Of a stretch of 64,000 nt of DNA, positions 11,228 through 23,441 are shown piece after piece. Both the position numbers and the translations under genes were made by a program. The notes below the pieces were generated by a model that made no database searches, was not told the DNA's origin, and saw only the letters and a list, made by a program, of their open reading frames with translations. Where the stretch lies: NCBI GenBank assembly GCA_051294375.1, contig CM119266.1, positions 5,842,092 to 5,906,091 on the forward strand. The letters are read 5' to 3'. Source of the stretch: Paraspadella gotoi (lineage: Eukaryota; Animalia; Chaetognatha). Each line of letters starts with the position of its first letter. Position 1 is the stretch's first letter.

Positions 11228-11412
11228 CATATAGTGACTCAACGTGGCTCACGTAACCCAAATTTGTTTGTTTTCACTCCTTCATTACGTGACAAAACGT
11301 GGGCCACCCTGACTCATCATACTAGATTCCGCTCCCCATTTTTCCACACACAGTGACTTTTCTTTAACAAACAAGTTCCACACAGTGACACCAATGGCAC
11401 CAATGGCACTAC

Positions 11413-11541
11413 CTCCCATAACGAGACAGGCGTTGATAAATTCTGCGGCATCGTTGAAGTGCTGAGCCAAGTCATATCCTGGATGATCGATGGCGGGGAT
11501 TCCAAAGTATTTGATCCCCGTCCCCTTGTAGAACGATTCGT
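11413..11541 (-). CDS. DUSP exon (general-acid loop)
   Basis: ctctcccag|(D)ESFYKGTGIKYFGIPAIDHPGYDLAQHFNDAAEFINACLVMG(G)|gtagtg. 129 nt, phase 1/1. Confidence 0.92.
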
Positions 11542-12052
11542 CTGGGAGAGTGAGGGGAGGAAGAGGAGAGAAGGGAAGAGGAGAGAAGGGAAGAGGGAAG
11601 ATGAAAGGTTAATAGAAAGGAAAAGGGAGAATAAGAAAGAGAGAGAAGAGAAGGGGGTAGGAAAGAAGGAAGACAGAAGGTTAATAGAAAGGAAAAGGGA
11701 TAATAAGAAAGAGAGAGAAGAGAAGGGGGTAGGAAAGAAGGAAGACAGAAGGTTAATAGAAAGGAAAAGGGAGAGGGAAAAGGAAAAAGAAAGGGCGGAG
11801 AAAGTGGAGGAAATAGAAAAAGAAAGGGAAGGAAAGGATGAGAGGAAATTCAAGGGGAGAAAATTAAGGGAAAAATTAAAAGGAAGAAGGATTAAAAAAA
11901 ATGGGAGGAGGAGGAGAGAAAAAAGATTAGGGATGACCACAACAAAAAAACTGAGGGATGAAAATTAGGAAAAGGATAAAGATATAAAGTTGACTCTTGA
12001 ATAAATTACTTTAGGCAATAAAAGTCAATTTCGATTGAAAATTCGAGAAAAG

Positions 12053-12181
12053 TATTAAGTTAATGCATTTTAAGCGCGTTTAGAGTATTAAGTGCATTAA
12101 ATTTAAAATGCATTTTAAGCGCATTTAAAGTATTAAGTGCATTAAATTTAAAATGCATTTTAAGCGCATTTAAAGTATTAA
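12053..12181. repeat. 45-bp tandem repeat, ~2.8 copies
   Basis: Repeated aagtattaagtgcattaaatttaaaatgcattttaagcgcattta; seen as a 15-aa period in ORF 12060..12272. Confidence 0.8.
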
Positions 12182-12500
12182 AATACTGTGATAAATTGGA
12201 AAACGACCTCTGTCCTTCAAGATCCTGCGTAACTAATCTAAGTTCAACTGCGTCTAGAAAAATCTCCTTCAAAATCCATTTTGTCCTTGAAGCAAAAAAA
12301 ATCTCAACTCGATTAATGCAAATTAACTAAAAATTAAATCACTAAAAGTAATGAAAATATTAATGTACTTTCCCGAATTTTAGTACTGGCGTGACCTCGT
12401 CTAGCTTAGGTTAATGTGACCTCGTGCGAAAATGACTTATCGACGCTGCAAATTGAGTATGGCTGAGCGCTCTCTGTCTCTCTCTCTCTGTCTCTCTCTC

Positions 12501-12537
<37 letters not shown>

Positions 12538-12877
12538 TCTTCTCTCTCACTCTCTCTCTCTCTCTCTCTCTCTCTGCGCCAAATCACCGGCTCGTACGTA
12601 GGTGTTTTTATGGAATTCGCACGTTTTTTTTTCTATAGAATTCGTGAGAGAGACGCGAGGAAAATATAATCACTTTACGTAAAGGCATAGTATAAAAATG
12701 ATGATATAAGTTATAACGAGGAGTTTAACGTTAATGAACATAACTTCTTCATTGATTTTTTTTTATTAGCGTAAAATAGTATAGTGTATAAATTAGTATG
12801 GTGTAGATTTAAAATTATTTGAATCAAATTCTTTCATGGCCTTTGGCCAATTGCATTTGGAAGAAAGAGAGATAGCG

Positions 12878-12953
<76 letters not shown>

Positions 12954-13684
12954 GAATCTGAGCCAAAGAGACAAGGATGGGATTTCGTCCAGAAGACGGC
13001 GTCAGATTTTCTTTCTCAGTTAGGATATTTTTAAATTAAAAGTATTCTATTTACTATAGTAATATTATTACAATTTCTCTTTAATTGATATTAGGTTTTC
13101 TCTATATTAATTTCTTTGTCAAAATTCCCCGTTTCTTTAAAAGTTTTGTTTAAAAAGAAAGGAATTTCAGATTGAATTTAACCTTTTAAACTTTGTTTAG
13201 ACTTTTAAATGAAATCTGGGGGACAACGAGTTCCTCTTTCGTCGTCGTCGTCGTCGTCGTCCTTTCTTGACCCGAACCGCAATCTCCCCTTAACCAGGGG
13301 AAATACAACAACAACAACAACAACAACAACTAAGAAACAATTTTTGAATAGCCAAAATAAATACGTACAAACAAAATAGAACAATTTAAATAATGTATTA
13401 CAATCAACTAAATAAAAGTTTTTTCAGCAACAGCAATGTCAACCAGATTTCCTTAATCTCATTTGCATATTGAAGCTTCTTATACTATCTCACATAATAC
13501 TCAATTCTGTTAAGTAAAGAATAATATCACCGATTTTTTTATATTTCATATAAGATGTTTTTTTTTTATAAAAAAAAACAAACAAAAAAACATCACAACC
13601 ATAAAAACAGCAGCAAAAACAACAACGACAACGACAAGAACAAACCACCGGTGATCAACCACTCCAGTCAGGTTCACGCCTTAC

Positions 13685-13779
13685 CCGTCGGGACTGAGTG
13701 ATTCCCGTGACCCTGGGCGCAGTTGAGGACGTGACTCACGCTCAGGTTCTTGAGGCTCCCTTTGTTCTCCGCGATCGTG
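13685..13779 (-). CDS. DUSP exon
   Basis: ctcccacacag|TIAENKGSLKNLSVSHVLNCAQGHGNHSVPT|gtaagg. 95 nt, phase 2/1, with the HVLNCA motif. Confidence 0.92.
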
Positions 13780-14861
13780 CTGTGTGGGAGAGCGGGGGTC
13801 AGGCGAAGGGGGGACAGGGAAGGTAGAGAAGAAGATTGGCGGGCGGGGGTGGTTTGAGAAGGCATGGGGCATGGCATGGAAAATGGAGAAGGTTGGGGGA
13901 AAGAAATTGTGGAAGGGAAGCAGAGGAAAGCAGGGTGGGTAACATGGGGAGGTGAGTAGGGGGTAGAGTTGAAGGGGAAAAAAGTTTTAATGAGAAATTG
14001 GGAAGGGAGCCATTTTATTTGTGAGAGAGAAAACAGTTAGGGAGAGATGGAAAGAATCTTTGAGAGAAAAGAAAAAGCACATATATTTGTTTGTAAAGCG
14101 ACCCTTTGTTAGTTTTATTATTTACGACTATAAAACAACAGTTTATACTTTCTTTCCCTTTCGTCCCCCTTGGGTGGTTAACCCGTTAATTAGATTCAAA
14201 TAGTTATTTAGCAACGAAGAGTAGGCGAAGAGAAACCCCCCCCTCCTCACGAAATTATTCACAAATGTTTATCCTTCACAAAAAATCTCTCATTCGAAAT
14301 TTTCGGGCGAAGATTTTCCGAAGTTTTTGTAGCCAAAAGGATTTTTTTTTCTTTTTTCAACATTAACATTCCGAAGAAAAATTCGATCAGTTACGAAAAG
14401 CAGCAAAAATCTATTGAAATAGACGGATGGAAGGATCGTTGACGGACAGACAGAAAAGAGATGAAATTAATTAAAATTAATTAATTAAAATTGAAAAGAA
14501 AAAAAAAAGAAATTTCAGAAATCTTAAGATTATTACTACTATGATTTTTTACTGATTTTTCATGCAAAATATTTCTATTTTCAAGTGTTTAAAAATTTTT
14601 GAAAATATTTTTAAAATATTTTAATACGATTAGATACGTATCTTTAAACATTGAAATACTTTTAGATGCTTAAATATTTAGCTAATAAATTCTTACAATG
14701 TGAAAAAAGTTCTTCGTTGACAAAGAAAGATCCATCGAATAACCGATAAGAATTATCCACGAAGATAGGAAAAGTGATTAGGGTCAGATTTGACCCATTT
14801 TTTCGCGAATATCTTGGGCACAGTTTTATGGCGAAATCATTATGAGGAAGATAAAATGTAG

Positions 14862-14911
<50 letters not shown>

Positions 14912-15300
14912 AAACTGCGCTTGAAAATTATGTCAGTTATAAACGGACTAATCTCTCATAACTATAAATCAAATAAATCCCCACATTCCATCTTCCGAAT
15001 TACGATAAATCCTGAAAAATCCTCAGTGTCCGAAATATAAATCTCATAAATCATCACTACTAGTGATTCACTAGTCTACAAAATCCTCTCTGTTTCCGAG
15101 ATATAAAGCTAAATTAAGATATAAATCTTCATCATCTCCGACATATAAATCCATCCCTAAATCCTCACTCGTCACTGAGATAAATCCCTTTCCAATGTAA
15201 ATCCCTTCCTAAATCCTCACTAATTTTCAGTCTATGAATCCCCCTCTCTAATAAATCCTAATTAGTATCTAAACTAATAAATCCCTCAATAAATCCTCAC

Positions 15301-15443
15301 TAGTCTCCGAGATAAATCCCTGGATAGACTTCGTCGACGCGTTTGGTGGGAAGGGAGATCAACTCGACGAGCTCATTGGCGTCGTTGAGCCGTTTGGAGA
15401 CGACGGCCGGGGCGCGGACTTCGTGAAGGACCCTGACGAGGTC
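15301..15443 (-). CDS. DUSP exon (start of the catalytic domain)
   Basis: ccccttcttccag|DLVRVLHEVRAPAVVSKRLNDANELVELISLPTKRVDEVYPGIYLGD(Y)|gtgagg. DEVYPGIYLGD is typical of DUSP3/13/26-like enzymes. Confidence 0.92.
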
Positions 15444-16079
15444 CTGGAAGAAGGGGATGAGGAGGAGGAGGAGGAGGAGGATGAAGAGGAGGGGAGAGGA
15501 GGGGGAGATTAAAAAGGAGAAATAAATAGGTTTTGAAGATTATACTACACTGTACTTTTTGTGGTACAAATTATTAAATAAATTCGTTGCTGAGTCACAA
15601 TTTAAACTTTTTCCTATAAATTAGAAGCTATAAATCTGAGTAAGGAAGGAAAGTAAAGTAATGTAAAGTCGATTTGGCTTTGGAAAACTGCCCGGGTAAT
15701 TCTGTTAGTAATTAGGTTTTAAATCATAATTATTTTAATCCTTATTTAATACCTTGAAAAATTTTTTTGGGGAAAATTTTATTTTAATGAAAGTTCTGAA
15801 TCATTGATCATTATTATGTAGATTTTAAATTTAAAAAAATCTAATTAACCTTTAATACATAACTTTTATTCGAATTAAAAGCCAATAAATATTTGAAAAT
15901 ATTTTTAGAAATCAATACTAACAATAGGTTTTAAAACCTTGTTTTTTTTCGACCACTTTTTTAAGGGTAAACGTAGAGCTAAAGTTTTAATGATCCTATT
16001 AACCCACCTTATTGTATATTTCACAATATAACACGCTATATAAATACACCATAATACTAAATCTAAGGCAAAGTCGAAC

Positions 16080-16188
16080 CTTGAGGCAACACTGAGCGAC
16101 GGAGGACGAAGACGAATTGAGGTCCTTCAAGTAGGAGGAGGAAGAGGAAGAGGATGAGGAGTTGTGGAGAGAGGCTGAGACGCGACTC
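16080..16188 (-). CDS. DUSP N-terminal exon (Ser-rich)
   Basis: ctccatccccag|G SRVSASLHNSSSSSSSSSYLKDLNSSSSSVAQCCLK|gttcga. Phase 2 in, phase 0 out. Preceded by a ~500-nt pyrimidine tract. Confidence 0.75.
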
Positions 16189-16702
16189 CTGGGGATGGAG
16201 GGAGGAAAGGGGAGGAAAGGGGAGGAAAGAGGAGGAAAGAGGAGGAAAGGAGAAGAATAGGAAAGGGAAGGAAAGAGGAGGAAAGGGGAGAAGAGAGGAA
16301 AAGAGAAGAAAGGGAAGGAAAATAGGAAATGGAGGAAAGGGAGGATAAGAGGAGGAAAGGGGAGGAAAATAGAAAGAGAAGGAAAAGAGGAAGGAAAGGG
16401 GAGAAGAAGGAAAGAGGAAGAAAGGGAAAGGAAATAGGAAAGGGGAGGAAAAGAGGGAAAAGGGAAAAGGAGAGGAAGAAGGAAAGGGAGGAAATTAGGA
16501 AAGGGGCGGAAAGCGGAGGAAAGGAGAGGGAGAAAGAAAAGGGAGAAAGAAGGAAGAAGTAAGAAAGAGGAGGAAAAAGAAGAGGAAAAAGGAAAAAAGA
16601 GAAAATAGGTAAAGTGAGGAAGGGAGGAAGAAAGAAAAATAAAAGTAAAGGGGAAAAATGAGGGGAAGGGAGGTAGAAAAAATGAGGAACAGGGAATGGG
16701 AA

Positions 16703-16840
16703 ATTAATTAAGATTAAGATTAATATTTCAATTAAGATTAAGATTAATGTTTCAATTAAAATTAAGATTAATTTTTCAATTAAGATTAAGATTAATTTTT
16801 CAATTAAGATTAAGATTAATGTTTCAATTAAGATTGAGAT
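16703..16840. repeat. 24-bp AT-rich minisatellite (~5-6 copies)
   Basis: aattaagattaagattaat(g/t/a)tttc repeated. Confidence 0.8.
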
Positions 16841-18310
16841 TACATACATAAACTACTTCAAAACTACTTAATCGTTTTCACGGTATTCTTGTTAAGAATG
16901 CGTTTCTTACGTACTAATTATAATAATATAAAAGTTTCTTTGGTCTATATATTATAATTTTGATACAATGTATCGAGAAAAAAATGTTATGCTTCTTTTA
17001 TTAAACTCAAATTATTTATGAAATTGTTCTCGAGAGAAAAAAAACGGGTAATAAATGTAAAGATTTGCAATCGACATTTTATGTTTTTAAATTTTCAAAC
17101 ATTTGAAAGGAAACGTGACCGATTCGGACGAGCGCGTGACCATTTCACGCGAGCATGTGACCCATTCACAACCGAAGTGGCCTTTGGCTGCGCGCATGAC
17201 TATAAAAGAGTTGAGTGACTCGAAAGTAAACCATTAAATTTCGTCCATTAAAAATTATTTGGTGTGAAAATCTGTTGAAATCGAACTAAAAAAAGGAAAA
17301 GAAATGGAAAAGAAAAGAAAAAGAAAATAAAAAGAAAAGGAAAAGAAAAAGGAAAAAAGAAAAAAAAAGAAAAAAGAAAAATAAAAATGAAAATAAAAAT
17401 GAAAAAAGAAAAAGGAAGATCAAAGAAAAACAAATTTAGAAGAAAGAAAAAAAGAGAAAAAATAAAAAAAAAGAGGGAAAAGGAACGAAAAAAAAAAAGG
17501 AAAAAAATAAAAAAAATAGAAAAAAAAAGAGAAAAAGAAAGAAAGGAAAACAAAAAAGAAAAAGAAAAAAGAAAAAAAAGTGAAAAAGAAAAACGAAAAA
17601 AAAGAAGAAAAAAAAAGAGAGAAGGAAAAAAGAAAAATCGGTGTCGTTCATTCGGACGGAGAGAAAAAATCGGTCTTCCAATGGATTTGTGGGGGAAAGA
17701 GGGAGGAAGGGAGGAAAAGAATGAAAAGGGAGGAAAAAGGAAAAAAGGAAAGGGGGAGGAAGGGAGGAAAAGGGAAGAAAAGGGAGGAAAATGGAAAAAG
17801 GGAAGAAGGAAAAAAGAAAGGAGTGAGAAAAAAAAAGAAAGATGAAAAGAAAAGGAAGATGACAGAAAACCAAAAAGAGAAGAGAAAGATAGAGAATAAA
17901 AAGAAAGAAAAAGGAAAGAAAAGAAAGAAAGAAAGAAAAGGAGATAAGAAAAAAAGGGGAAGGAAAGAGAGAGAGAGGGAGAGAGAGAGAGAGAGAACGA
18001 GAGAATGAGAAAGAGAGCTAAGGAAAGAGCGAGAGAGAGAGAAATGGAGAAAGAGGTTAACGATGAAGCATTAGTAGAAGAGAGAGAGAGGCGGAGACAG
18101 AGAGAAAGAAAGAAAGAAAGAAAGAAAGAAAAAAGAAATAAAATAGAAAAAAGAAAGAAATAGGAGAGAGAGAGAGAGAGAGACGAGAGGTAGGAGAGAG
18201 AGAGAGAGAAGAGAGAGGAGAGAGAGAGTAGAGAGAGAGAGAGAGAGAGGTATCATCGTTGAGACTTTGAATCGGAGTCGTCGTCCGTAATGGCATTTCA
18301 GTTCGGGCGG

Positions 18311-18404
18311 ATTGCCAGTGACGTCGATGGCATGGGAGGCAGTTAGTGGTAATTGCCAGTGACGTCGATGGCATGGGAGGCAGTTAGTGGTAATTGCCAG
18401 TGAC
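18311..18404. repeat. 41-bp tandem repeat (~2.3 copies)
   Basis: attgccagtgacgtcgatggcatgggaggcagttagtggta starts at 18311, 18352 and (partial) 18393. Confidence 0.85.
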
Positions 18405-19110
18405 GGCAATGGCGTATCAGTTAGATTCAATGACTCCCAATGATGGAAATAGGATTTAATTTAACATTATAATTAAATATCATTTTTAAAAAAATGAGAA
18501 TTTACAATTCAATTACCATTGATAATAGAATGCATCAGCTTATCTTTTTAAAGTGATTTTCCATATTGGTGTCTATGATTGAATACTTTGTAAAGATACT
18601 GCAATACAATTACTAGTGACAATAGATTAAGATATATACAATGGGCTGACGCTACAGATTTCGTCCACCTCGTAATGACCGGAAAGTCTCAAACCGGAAA
18701 GGAAAAAAAATTTAAAGTTGGTTTCTCGCCTAAATGGAATCGTTACGACAGCCTCGTTTGCATTGAATTTCTCTTTTTTTTTATATTTTATTTTATTTCT
18801 TTATTTTTTTTTTTATTTTTCTTAGGACGAACGAAAGAAAGTGCGATCGATTTTCAACGGGAAGAGAAGATGGAAAAAGTGAAAGAAGATATAAGCTAAA
18901 AATTTTACAGGGAAATATTATAAGAAAATGAAAAAAAAAGCGGAGAAGAGCGTAAGAATAGAGAAATTGAATTAACTGAAAAAGTAGAGCGAAAGGGTAA
19001 AATTAAAGTAGAATCAAATATTCAAATACAGCCAGTATAATGTCAAATAGTTTGTATTAAGATGTAGAAATATAAACTAAACTACGAAATATAAACTAAA
19101 CTACGAATGT

Positions 19111-19274
19111 GAGAGAATCGTGATTGAAAGCTTACAGCCTTACAGCCTTACAGCCTTACAGGGTCTGCTATGTTATAAGAAGTATGCAGGCCTTAACACA
19201 CCATAGCCTGTAGAAAGTCATGGGCAAGGGAGCTTAGTTAATTAATGATTGGATAAATTTTATATTGGTTATAC
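19111..19274 (-). mobile_element. Dispersed repeat family A copy with internal (cttacagc)n expansion
   Basis: tgattgaaagcttacagc...gggtctgctatgt...ccatagcctgtagaaagtcatgggcaag...tatattggttatac. Confidence 0.6.
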
Positions 19275-19457
19275 TTATTTCATAAAGAATCTCAGTAATG
19301 AAGGGTATTGGATACCAAAAAAGAAAGAGAGGGAGAAAATTAAGATACAGCGAAAAAATAAAAATAACTTTTACCTCTTCAACCAATGAAGAATCACCAT
19401 TTTCACAAAGTTCACCAACCCTCTCTCACTCGGTCAGTGAACTCTACCCGAACTCAC

Positions 19458-19489
19458 CGCTCCTGCGTCTCACAAACTCCGCGCAGCAT
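19458..19489 (-). CDS. Probable first coding (micro)exon of the DUSP gene, MLRGVCETQE(R)
   Basis: Strong acceptor ttctacttctttcctcatttgcag at 19496, ATG at 19489, donor CG|gtgagt at 19458/19457. Phase 2 matches the exon at 16188. The 8-exon model totals 1179 nt = 392 aa plus stop. Confidence 0.55.
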
Positions 19490-20479
19490 CTTTTGCTGCA
19501 AATGAGGAAAGAAGTAGAAGACGGGTGCCGCAACCCAAACCACGTTGAAAGGGGAGAACATGAGATTCGTTCTCCCTTCTGATGAGGAGAACGGGGGATT
19601 CGTTCTTCCTTCGGAGGAGGAGAACGGATTCTGAGTTTGGTCGAAGGGCGAGGAGAATGCGGAGAACATGACGGAGAATTGGAGAATCGAACGGAATGCG
19701 GTTGGGCGCTCAGATTCTGCAATGCTTCAATACTGTAATTCACCAATTCCGCCTCATTAGAGAATAAGATTGTCGCTTTGAGATTAAAATGTATTTTGGT
19801 TGGAAGAAGACGCAGCATTCAAAGCTACAGCAGTTTCGTTATTTTGTAGAGAGAAAGAGAAAGAGAGAAATTTGCGGCGAATGTCCTCAGCGTTGCAACT
19901 TGCTTCAAAATTTGATCGGGTACAACGAGGCGTCCACTGGCGTCGTTGTTATCGTCGTCGTCGTCGTTTCAATTTTGCGTCAAGTATTCTGATCTGCTTC
20001 TGATCTTTCGACGTTTTTCTCGCTAACCGAACAGCTGTTGTTATTTTGTATGTATTGTATGTATTTTTATTTTGTATGTATTCAAACGCTGCTTCTGATC
20101 TTTCGTCGATTTTCTCGCTAATCAAATTGCTGTTGTTATTTTTACAGCAGCCTTTGTCTTTTTCCAAGTTTTCGCTGTGAAGGCGATCCGACTTTCCGAA
20201 GACGTCGACGACGACGACGACAATAACGACGACAGTGACGACGACAACCCGGACGAAAATCAGGCTGAGGGCTTTAATCCAAACAAAGCAAAGTCGTCGT
20301 CGTCTTCGTCATCATCGTCTAATTTTCCCCCAAAAATCGCAAATCAAGTTTTTCGCGATTAAAAGATTTTCTTTCTCGATTCGACGGCGTTAACCCTTTG
20401 TCTTCCGCCGCTGACGCCGCCGCCGCCGCCGCCGCCGCNNNNNNNNNNGACGTCGCGCCGAGGTAAGGCCTTCATTCTC

Positions 20480-20491
20480 AGTCACGTGACT
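20480..20491. promoter_or_regulatory. Palindromic E-box (AGTCACGTGACT; USF/MiT-TFE CLEAR-type) in a GC-rich island upstream of the DUSP start
   Basis: Perfect 12-bp palindrome next to a (GCC)n run, ~1 kb upstream of the ATG at 19489. Function is inferred only. Confidence 0.35.
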
Positions 20492-21113
20492 CGATCCGGT
20501 CGAAAGGAGAAGCGAAAGAATCGGGAGGGTGAGGATGTCAGCCTCGTTTTCATCTCAGGGTAAGTTACAGTTTGTTTATGGCTTTTTTTTAAGCCTATGA
20601 ACAAAGTTTGTCATTTGAACCTAAAATGCGTCTGGGTTGGATCGGGGTAAGTTTAAAAAGTATTTTATCCGATAACCGGATATTATTTCGTCTGATTCCA
20701 TGATTGAACTTACCCCTCCTTGCCCCCCCCTCTCACTCCCCCTTGCTCCCCCGTTGCCCCCCCCTTTTTGAAAAGAGGAGAAAAACCCCTTTTTTTAAAG
20801 TCAGAAATATTAGAGTTATTAATTAGATTCAAAAGCTCATTAAAACGAGACAGGGATTCGTTTTTAACGATATCGCGATTCGCTATTAAGAGATTCGCTT
20901 TCTATGTAACAGACAGATATATCTCGTTTTAACGAATCGCGAGCGTCGAGGCGCGGTTACAACGTGATTCATCGGAGGCGAATTTTCGTGCATGGATTGG
21001 TGTATGTGAAAAAGACTTTTTTGTGATTTGATTTCAAACATTCGACGAAATCTAAATAGCGAATTGACCGTTTGCCTCTGAGACATGGAAAGCCCTTGGG
21101 CGAGGAATGCCGG

Positions 21114-21243
<130 letters not shown>

Positions 21244-21538
21244 CAACGATTAAAGCTACTCGATCGATAATTAAGCCACCTACCATTTTCGAAGTTCGGA
21301 AGCAATTATAAACTTAGCCGAGGTACGAATTAAACTTATTCGCCCAATTCTTATGTTAATTTTTTAATAATTCCTTTTTAAAAAATTAAAAGTAAGGAAA
21401 AAATGGAGAGAAAAAATGAAACAAAAACAAAATTTGACAAGTCATGAAAAAAATGGAGAAAAAAAAATAAGAGATGAAAAAAAAAAAACGAAAATAATTT
21501 TTTTCGTTCGTCGATCAATTAATTTTTGATATATATCT

Positions 21539-21752
21539 TTTGTTTAATATTTTAACTAACATTCTTTCTTTCTTTTCTATTAATTTTTGGGAGGTGTCTT
21601 TTGTTTAATATATTAACTAACTTTCTTTCTTTCTTTTCTATTAATTTTTGGGAGGTGTCTTTTGTTTAATATATTAACTAACTTTCTTTCTTTCTTTTCT
21701 ATTAATTTTTGGGAGGTGTCTCCTGTTTAATACATTAACTAACTTTCTTTCT
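21539..21752. repeat. 61-bp minisatellite, ~3.5 copies
   Basis: tgtttaatatattaactaactttctttctttcttttctattaatttttgggaggtgtcttt at 21541, 21602, 21663 and (partial) 21724. Confidence 0.85.
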
Positions 21753-22740
21753 TTTTTATTTATTTCTTTTTGGGTTTTCCTTCTCTCTTTTATTGTTCTA
21801 TCCCTTTGTTTCTTTCTTTGTTTCTTTCTTTTTCATTCTTATTTTAATTTCTGTCTTTCTTTTCTTTCTCTCTTTCATTCCATTTATTAGTTTATTTATT
21901 TATTTATTTTATTTATTCATTTATTATTTATTTATTTATTTTTCTTTTTAGAAGCAACAAATAATTAAATTAATAAATAAATGGTAATTTCATATTTCTG
22001 TCACTGTTTTCTGTTTTATATTCATCTCCCGCCTAATTGAATTTATAAAATAAGATCATCGACAAAATATTGGCAGCCAATTCCCACAGTGCTTCCTATC
22101 ATCCCCCACAGTGCTCCTATTCATTCCCCCACAGTGTTTCCTAATCATTGCCCCACAGTGCCCTACCATCATGCCTGTTCATCCCCGCAAGGCTGCCTAT
22201 TGATCCCCCACTGCTCCGCCTCGAATGAATCCTATGACAAGTTTATTGAAAGCTCCCTTCTGAGCCACTCCAACGAGTAATTAAGGCATTATATTTCAGG
22301 AAGAATATCTCGCGAAAAATAAATTAACCAGTTAACCAGATATTAATTTTTGGCTCTAAAGTTTTTCGGTATAAATGGAATCGAGTCTCTCATGTTGAGG
22401 ACGCGGCGTCGGCAGTTTGCAGGGCGAGAAAAGAAGTCACGCCGGTTTTAAGGCTAAAACGGTTTATTCTGGGAAAAATAATTATATTATTCGAGCGATA
22501 GAAAGATCTCGTATCCGAATGACTAAACATGAAAGTCCCATTTTAAATTTTAATATCATAAATCTTAAAATTGTTAAATATCGAAAATTGTATGCCATAA
22601 TTTAATATTAATTATTAAATTAATAATTAATTGTAATTATATTTTGTTCTTTTTATGTTATTGATAGCGTTACTGTTACTGCGTTACTGTACTGTCTTGA
22701 AATTATGTTAAATCGTTTTTGAAGAGAAGAAGAGAAGAAG

Positions 22741-22792
<52 letters not shown>

Positions 22793-22811
22793 AGAGACAG
22801 AGACATAGACA

Positions 22812-23441
22812 TTAAGGCGTAGTAAAATTCTAAATACAACTTAATTAAAATTCTAAAAGTGAGAACGAAACAACATTATACTAATGAACATTTATGTCAT
22901 AAAAAAATTTAGATAAATTTTACCAATTTAGCAGTAGGCCATATTATATAGATACTAAACCAATAAATGTTAAAATTTCAAAACTGTTTTTTTAAAAAAT
23001 TTTTTTTGCTGATTTGATTCGTCATAAAAGTTGATAAAAAAGAATATACCTCTTTTTTGAAAAATTACTTCATTAAGTGAGGTCAAAAATTATAAAAAGC
23101 TATATATTTTAAGCTGAAAATTAACTTTTTATATATTAATATAGTTTTTTTAATTTTGAACCCACTTAATGAAAGAATTTTTTAAAAAAATGATTTATCA
23201 TTTTCTTTTATCAACTTTTGACGAGGAATTCAAATCTGCCAATCAAAATTAAGAGAAAGCCTATTTTGGGATTTTTTCGATTTATAAGGATAGTTACTTA
23301 TATGAAATATGCCCTACTGCGAAATTGTAAAAACATAAAATAATTTTTATTTGACAAATTTAATGTTCACTGACTGGTATTTGTTGTTCATAATGACTTG
23401 TTAGATTTTCGTATGCAAAAACCTTTTTCACTACGCCTTAC
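22812..23441. mobile_element. ~630-bp foldback MITE (Kolobok-like TTAA/GG ends)
   Basis: Terminal IR taaggcgtagt...actacgcctta. Internal mirrored blocks include gcagtaggccatat/atatgccctactgc, aaaagttgataaaa/ttttatcaactttt and ttcattaagtg/cacttaatgaa. Centre is near 23125. Confidence 0.8.

Noticed and set aside
16127-18430. Long F/S/L-rich and K/R/E-rich ORFs (also near 11317-11968, 31512-31878, 35956-36600, 38633-39298 and 44312-45126)
   Set aside because: They are translations of purine/pyrimidine tracts and (AG)n microsatellites that lack stops by composition, are open in several frames at once, and contain no domain motifs.
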